Of a stretch of DNA of 35,219 bases, positions 32,101 to 35,219 are shown piece after piece. Position 1 is the first letter of the stretch. Each line of letters starts with the position of its first letter. Source of the DNA: Emiliania huxleyi CCMP1516 (taxonomy: Eukaryota); the NCBI RefSeq assembly GCF_000372725.1, contig NW_005201176.1, positions 316,414 to 351,632 of the forward strand, given 5' to 3'. The notes under the pieces are model-generated. The model saw only the letters and a program-made list of their open reading frames with translations, did no database searches and was not told where the DNA came from. Made by a program: the position numbers and the translations under genes.

Positions 32101-33527
32101 GTGCTCGAGCTCGCCAAGCTCCAGGCGGAGGCGGCGCTCAAGAAGATGCACGACCCGAAGCTTGCGCTGGCTGACAAGCTCGAGTCCCAGGACGGCGTCA
32201 ACGCGTGGAGCAAGAACGAGGACGCGCACCGGCGCACCATCGACGCGCACGTGACGAACGACGCGGTCGAGAACAAGTTCGCCATCGCCGACTACATCAT
32301 GCGGTTCTACCGCAACATGAGCGTCTTCAACGTGTCCGGCGTGGTGCAGCAGCGCGCGGCGCACGACTACGACCGCCCGCTCGACGTCGTCAGCGACCGG
32401 CGCAAGCGTAAGGCGGAGCCGGCGGAGGCTCCGCCCGTCGGCTTCTTCTGGAGGTTGCGCGCCGATTTGCGCTCGTCGCTCGTCACGATGGCGCGGCGCA
32501 GGCTGCCGGACGCGCTCAAGGAGGGGCGAGCGGAGGTGCTGTCTCACGACCAGGAGAAGCTGCTGCGCCGCGAGGAGGCGGTGCAGCGGCAGCTCAACGC
32601 CGCGGTCGAGAGGTACGCCGCCGCGCTTGAGCTCTTCGACCAGTGGCGCGCGCAGGGCGTGAAGACCGCCGCCGAGCTCGAGCGGGCGCTGGGCGGCAAG
32701 TCCGAGCCCGAGCAGCTGGCGGAGCTGCGCCGCCAGATCGAGATGCGGACGGTCGGCTGCGGCATGACGCAGTTCGAGACCAAGTGGGGCTTCTTCTCCG
32801 ACGAGCGCTCGCACAAGATCGAGGACCTCAAGCGCATGCTGCTCGACGACATCTTGCCCCACGAGATCCAGCTGCGGCGGCTCAAGAAGCTCCCGACCGA
32901 GGCGCGCCGCCCGCGCTCCGCTCTGAGATGAGCGCTTCCCCGTCTCACTCGACGTGTTGCTCCCCATAGGCGGCGCCTCCTCAGCTGCGGGTCCGCTCGA
33001 TCAAGACCCTGGGCACCGCCGACGCGGACGTGCTGCGCCTGGAGCAGCAGAGCATCTTCAACGTCTCGAACCTCCTCGAGAAGGCGAAGGCCGCGCGGGA
33101 GCGGCGCGAGGCGGCGGGCATCTCGGACAGCGTCGAGGTGCGGCAGGACCGCGAGGCCCCCCCCTTCGACACGCGCCTCGTGGGCAAGTGGCTGGAGGTG
33201 TGCTGGCCATACAAGGAGGAGGGTAGGACGGTCAAGATCTGGGCCGCCGGCAGGGTGAAGCGCGTCGCGGACGGCCTCACCGACAAGAGGAGCCCGCGCG
33301 CACGCAAGATCCTCCCGGCCGGCATGCTGCTCTGGGCGTGGGACGCCGACCCCGAGTACGACGAGCCGGCGGGGGAGAGATGGATCGCCTTTCTTCCCGA
33401 GAAGTGGAACAAACCCGTCTCATATGGGTGGCGGCTCGATCCCCGCGAGCTGGGCGCCACCGGCCCGCCCCGCACGCCGCTCATTGAAGAGGAGGAGGAG
33501 GAGGAGGCGCCGCGCGCGCGCCGGTGA
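29166..33527 (+). CDS. DDE transposase (~1405 aa) with coiled coil, CxxH motif and C-terminal Tudor-like domain
   Basis: Exons 29166-29451 (less certain), 29528-32901 and 32970-33527; introns GT-AG 29452-29527 and GC-AG 32902-32969 keep frame. Motifs ISFGWDESTK (D 30898), VLMTDTCN (D 31198), DCWQH (C 31342, H 31351), TNDAVENKF (E 32269). Lies within TIRs. Confidence 0.82.
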
Positions 33528-34541
33528 CCGAAATTTGTCTGTCTTGAGACGGGTGTGGGCCCTCGTGTGGTCGGTCCCTGGATGTAAGGGGCATAGCTAT
33601 AGACTCCCCATAGTGTCCACAGTCAGTGCTGAGCTTGCCGGGCTTGTAGTGCGACTTTCAAAATTTACCATTTCCCCCACTACATACTTTAGTAGCCGTC
33701 TGTCATGTTTGCGTTTCTTCCAACGAATCCTTTAAAGTCTCGACAATCACTAAGCTGCTTATGTGGCACCGCAGAGGCTCCCTTGGGGATGCCTGAGGCC
33801 ACCCCAACCACTCACGAAGCCGTACGTGGACGAATTCAAATCTACTTTTTTCGTTTACCTATACACACTAACCGCGAGTAGCACCAGCCATGGCCTCAGG
33901 GAGCGCGGGCGAGGGCGCTGGGAGCAACACGGACAAAAAAATCAAAAGTGGTCATGTTGACACCACCCGTATTTGCAACTAGTCATTTTTTTTTCACGTG
34001 CACGGTACGCATGTATTGAGTGTGACTGCTGGATGCCCTCTTACCCGGGTGACTCTGGTCGGATCGCGACGTCCACCGCAGCCCATTGCACCGGCCCGCG
34101 TCAAACCCTCCCGAGAGCCGAGTTTGAGCCATCTGCCCCGCTCTGCGCACCGACATGCTGGTGGCTACCGGTCTCTTGATTGCCCCCCCGCCTCCCCCGG
34201 GGCCTGATTTTGACAATTCTCGTTCGGACCCCGTCTCCAATCAGGACCCCGTCTGGCGCGCAGCCCGGGACGCCCGCTCCCCGGGCCGGCCCGCCCATTG
34301 CGCATGCAGCCTGAGGTGTAGATACCCATCTGGATTCGCCGGGCCTTGTGCAAGGGAGGGAGGGCGGGGAGCGGCGCTGTGTATATCTAAGGGACCGCAC
34401 CTCTACACGCAGCATGTATGTCAGCGCGGGCCCCAACATTAACGGCCGGGCGGCCCCGCCGATATCTACTATTATATTATATTACCCTCCACCCTCCGGC
34501 GGCAGAGGAAAAGAATTTTCAACGCGGGGGGACGGCGTCAG

Positions 34542-35219
34542 ATGACGCTCGGCCGACGATCGGCCGAACCTACGATGCCTGCGATGTCCCTCACCTCGTT
34601 TATCGCGCCGGCGGGTCGCGCCGGCGGGTCCTGCGTTAACGTCAAGACGGGAGGCCGCACTCGGGCCGCCCTCCCCAGCCACGTCACCTGGGACGCGAGC
34701 GAGGCCGCCTGCCAGGAGCAGTGCCTCGGGCTGAAGTGGTGCACTGGATACGAATACCAGATCTTTACCCGACTGCGCGGCCGCACGCGCTGCATCCTGC
34801 AGCGGCTCCCCATCAAGCAGGCCGTGCCGGCGACCGCCTTTGACGCCATCTGCAAGAGCAAGATAAAGGTGAGAAACGTCCGGCTGCCCGCCGCCTCCCC
34901 ACCGCCGTCGCCGCCCTTCCCGCCCGGCCTCGCCCCCACGCCGCCGCCTCTGCCGCCGCCCTATCCGCCCGGCAAGGCACCGACGCCGCCCCCGTCGCCG
35001 CCGCCCTTCCCGCCCGGCGCGACGCCGCTGCCTCCGCCCTCGCCGCCGCCCTTCCCGCCAGGCAAGGCTCCCCGCCCGCCGCCCTCTCCGCCGCCGCCGC
35101 CGTTGCGCCCGCCGAGCCCGCCGCCTCCGTCACCGCCCCCACCGAGCCCACCTCCACCGTCGCCGCCGCCGCCGTCGCCGCCGCCTCCATCGCCGCCGCC
35201 GCCGTCACCGCCGCCGCCC
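34542..35219 (+). CDS. PAN/Apple-like Cys domain followed by extensin-like SPPPP repeats; runs off window end
   Basis: Open frame from ATG 34542, absent from the ORF track because it has no stop: SEAACQEQCLGLKWCTGYEY...RCIL...C, then PPSPPPFPPG and (SPPPP)n. Confidence 0.7.
   Translation, partial: MTLGRRSAEPTMPAMSLTSFIAPAGRAGGSCVNVKTGGRTRAALPSHVTWDASEAACQEQCLGLKWCTGYEYQIFTRLRGRTRCILQRLPIKQAVPATAFDAICKSKIKVRNVRLPAASPPPSPPFPPGLAPTPPPLPPPYPPGKAPTPPPSPPPFPPGATPLPPPSPPPFPPGKAPRPPPSPPPPPLRPPSPPPPSPPPPSPPPPSPPPPSPPPPSPPPPSPPPP

Larger units (their letters stand above)
26540..33984 (+). mobile_element. Autonomous-type DNA transposon (~6.0 kb without nested insert), superfamily unassigned
   Basis: 13-bp perfect TIR GACTAGTTGCAAA (26540-26552 / 33972-33984), imperfect to ~30 bp. 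ATTT on both flanks (26536-26539, 33985-33988). Subterminal inverted repeat 26761-26815 plus 28258-28285 vs 33842-33933. Encodes a large DDE transposase. Confidence 0.88.

Noticed and set aside
29992..32967. Long minus-strand ORFs (e.g. 31792-32967, 30721-31506)
   Set aside because: Antisense shadows of the GC3-rich transposase frame.
28792..33725. CAACG as TSD of a separate inner element
   Set aside because: No TIRs inside these points; the outer TIRs and TSD explain the unit better, so it is treated as deletion microhomology.
26540..33984. Calling the element Sola, hAT, Kolobok or piggyBac
   Set aside because: The TSD fits Sola1 but the protein motifs do not; the CxxH fits hAT/Kolobok but the TSD is neither 8 bp nor TTAA. 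Left unassigned.

Overview
GC-rich, intron-rich eukaryotic DNA with five N gaps. Frequent GC-AG introns and 10-11 bp intronic tandem repeats suggest a haptophyte such as Emiliania/Gephyrocapsa huxleyi (inference, not a database match). Host genes: an ABHD11/YbfF-like alpha/beta hydrolase, a small membrane protein, spliceosomal cyclophilin H, a CCCH zinc-finger protein, a plastid-type membrane protein, a DHHC palmitoyltransferase, an SGNH-like hydrolase, a class IV D-amino-acid aminotransferase, an NTF2/polyQ/TerB-like protein and a partial PAN + SPPPP protein. Main highlights, all read by eye: (1) a complete DNA transposon (26540-33984; GACTAGTTGCAAA TIRs, 4-bp ATTT TSD) encoding a ~1405-aa three-exon DDE/CxxH transposase with a C-terminal Tudor-like domain, which I cannot assign to a superfamily; it carries a nested TA-TSD foldback element and has an inverted internal-deletion derivative at 19485-20069. 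(2) Two retroposon-like insertions with (TACCT)n/(TACC)n 3' tails and TSDs; one is 3.2 kb and supplies the aminotransferase's stop codon. (3) Recurrent GC-AG introns whose 5' end is a direct repeat of the start of the next exon, a possible intron-gain signature. Exon structures are manual predictions without transcript support.
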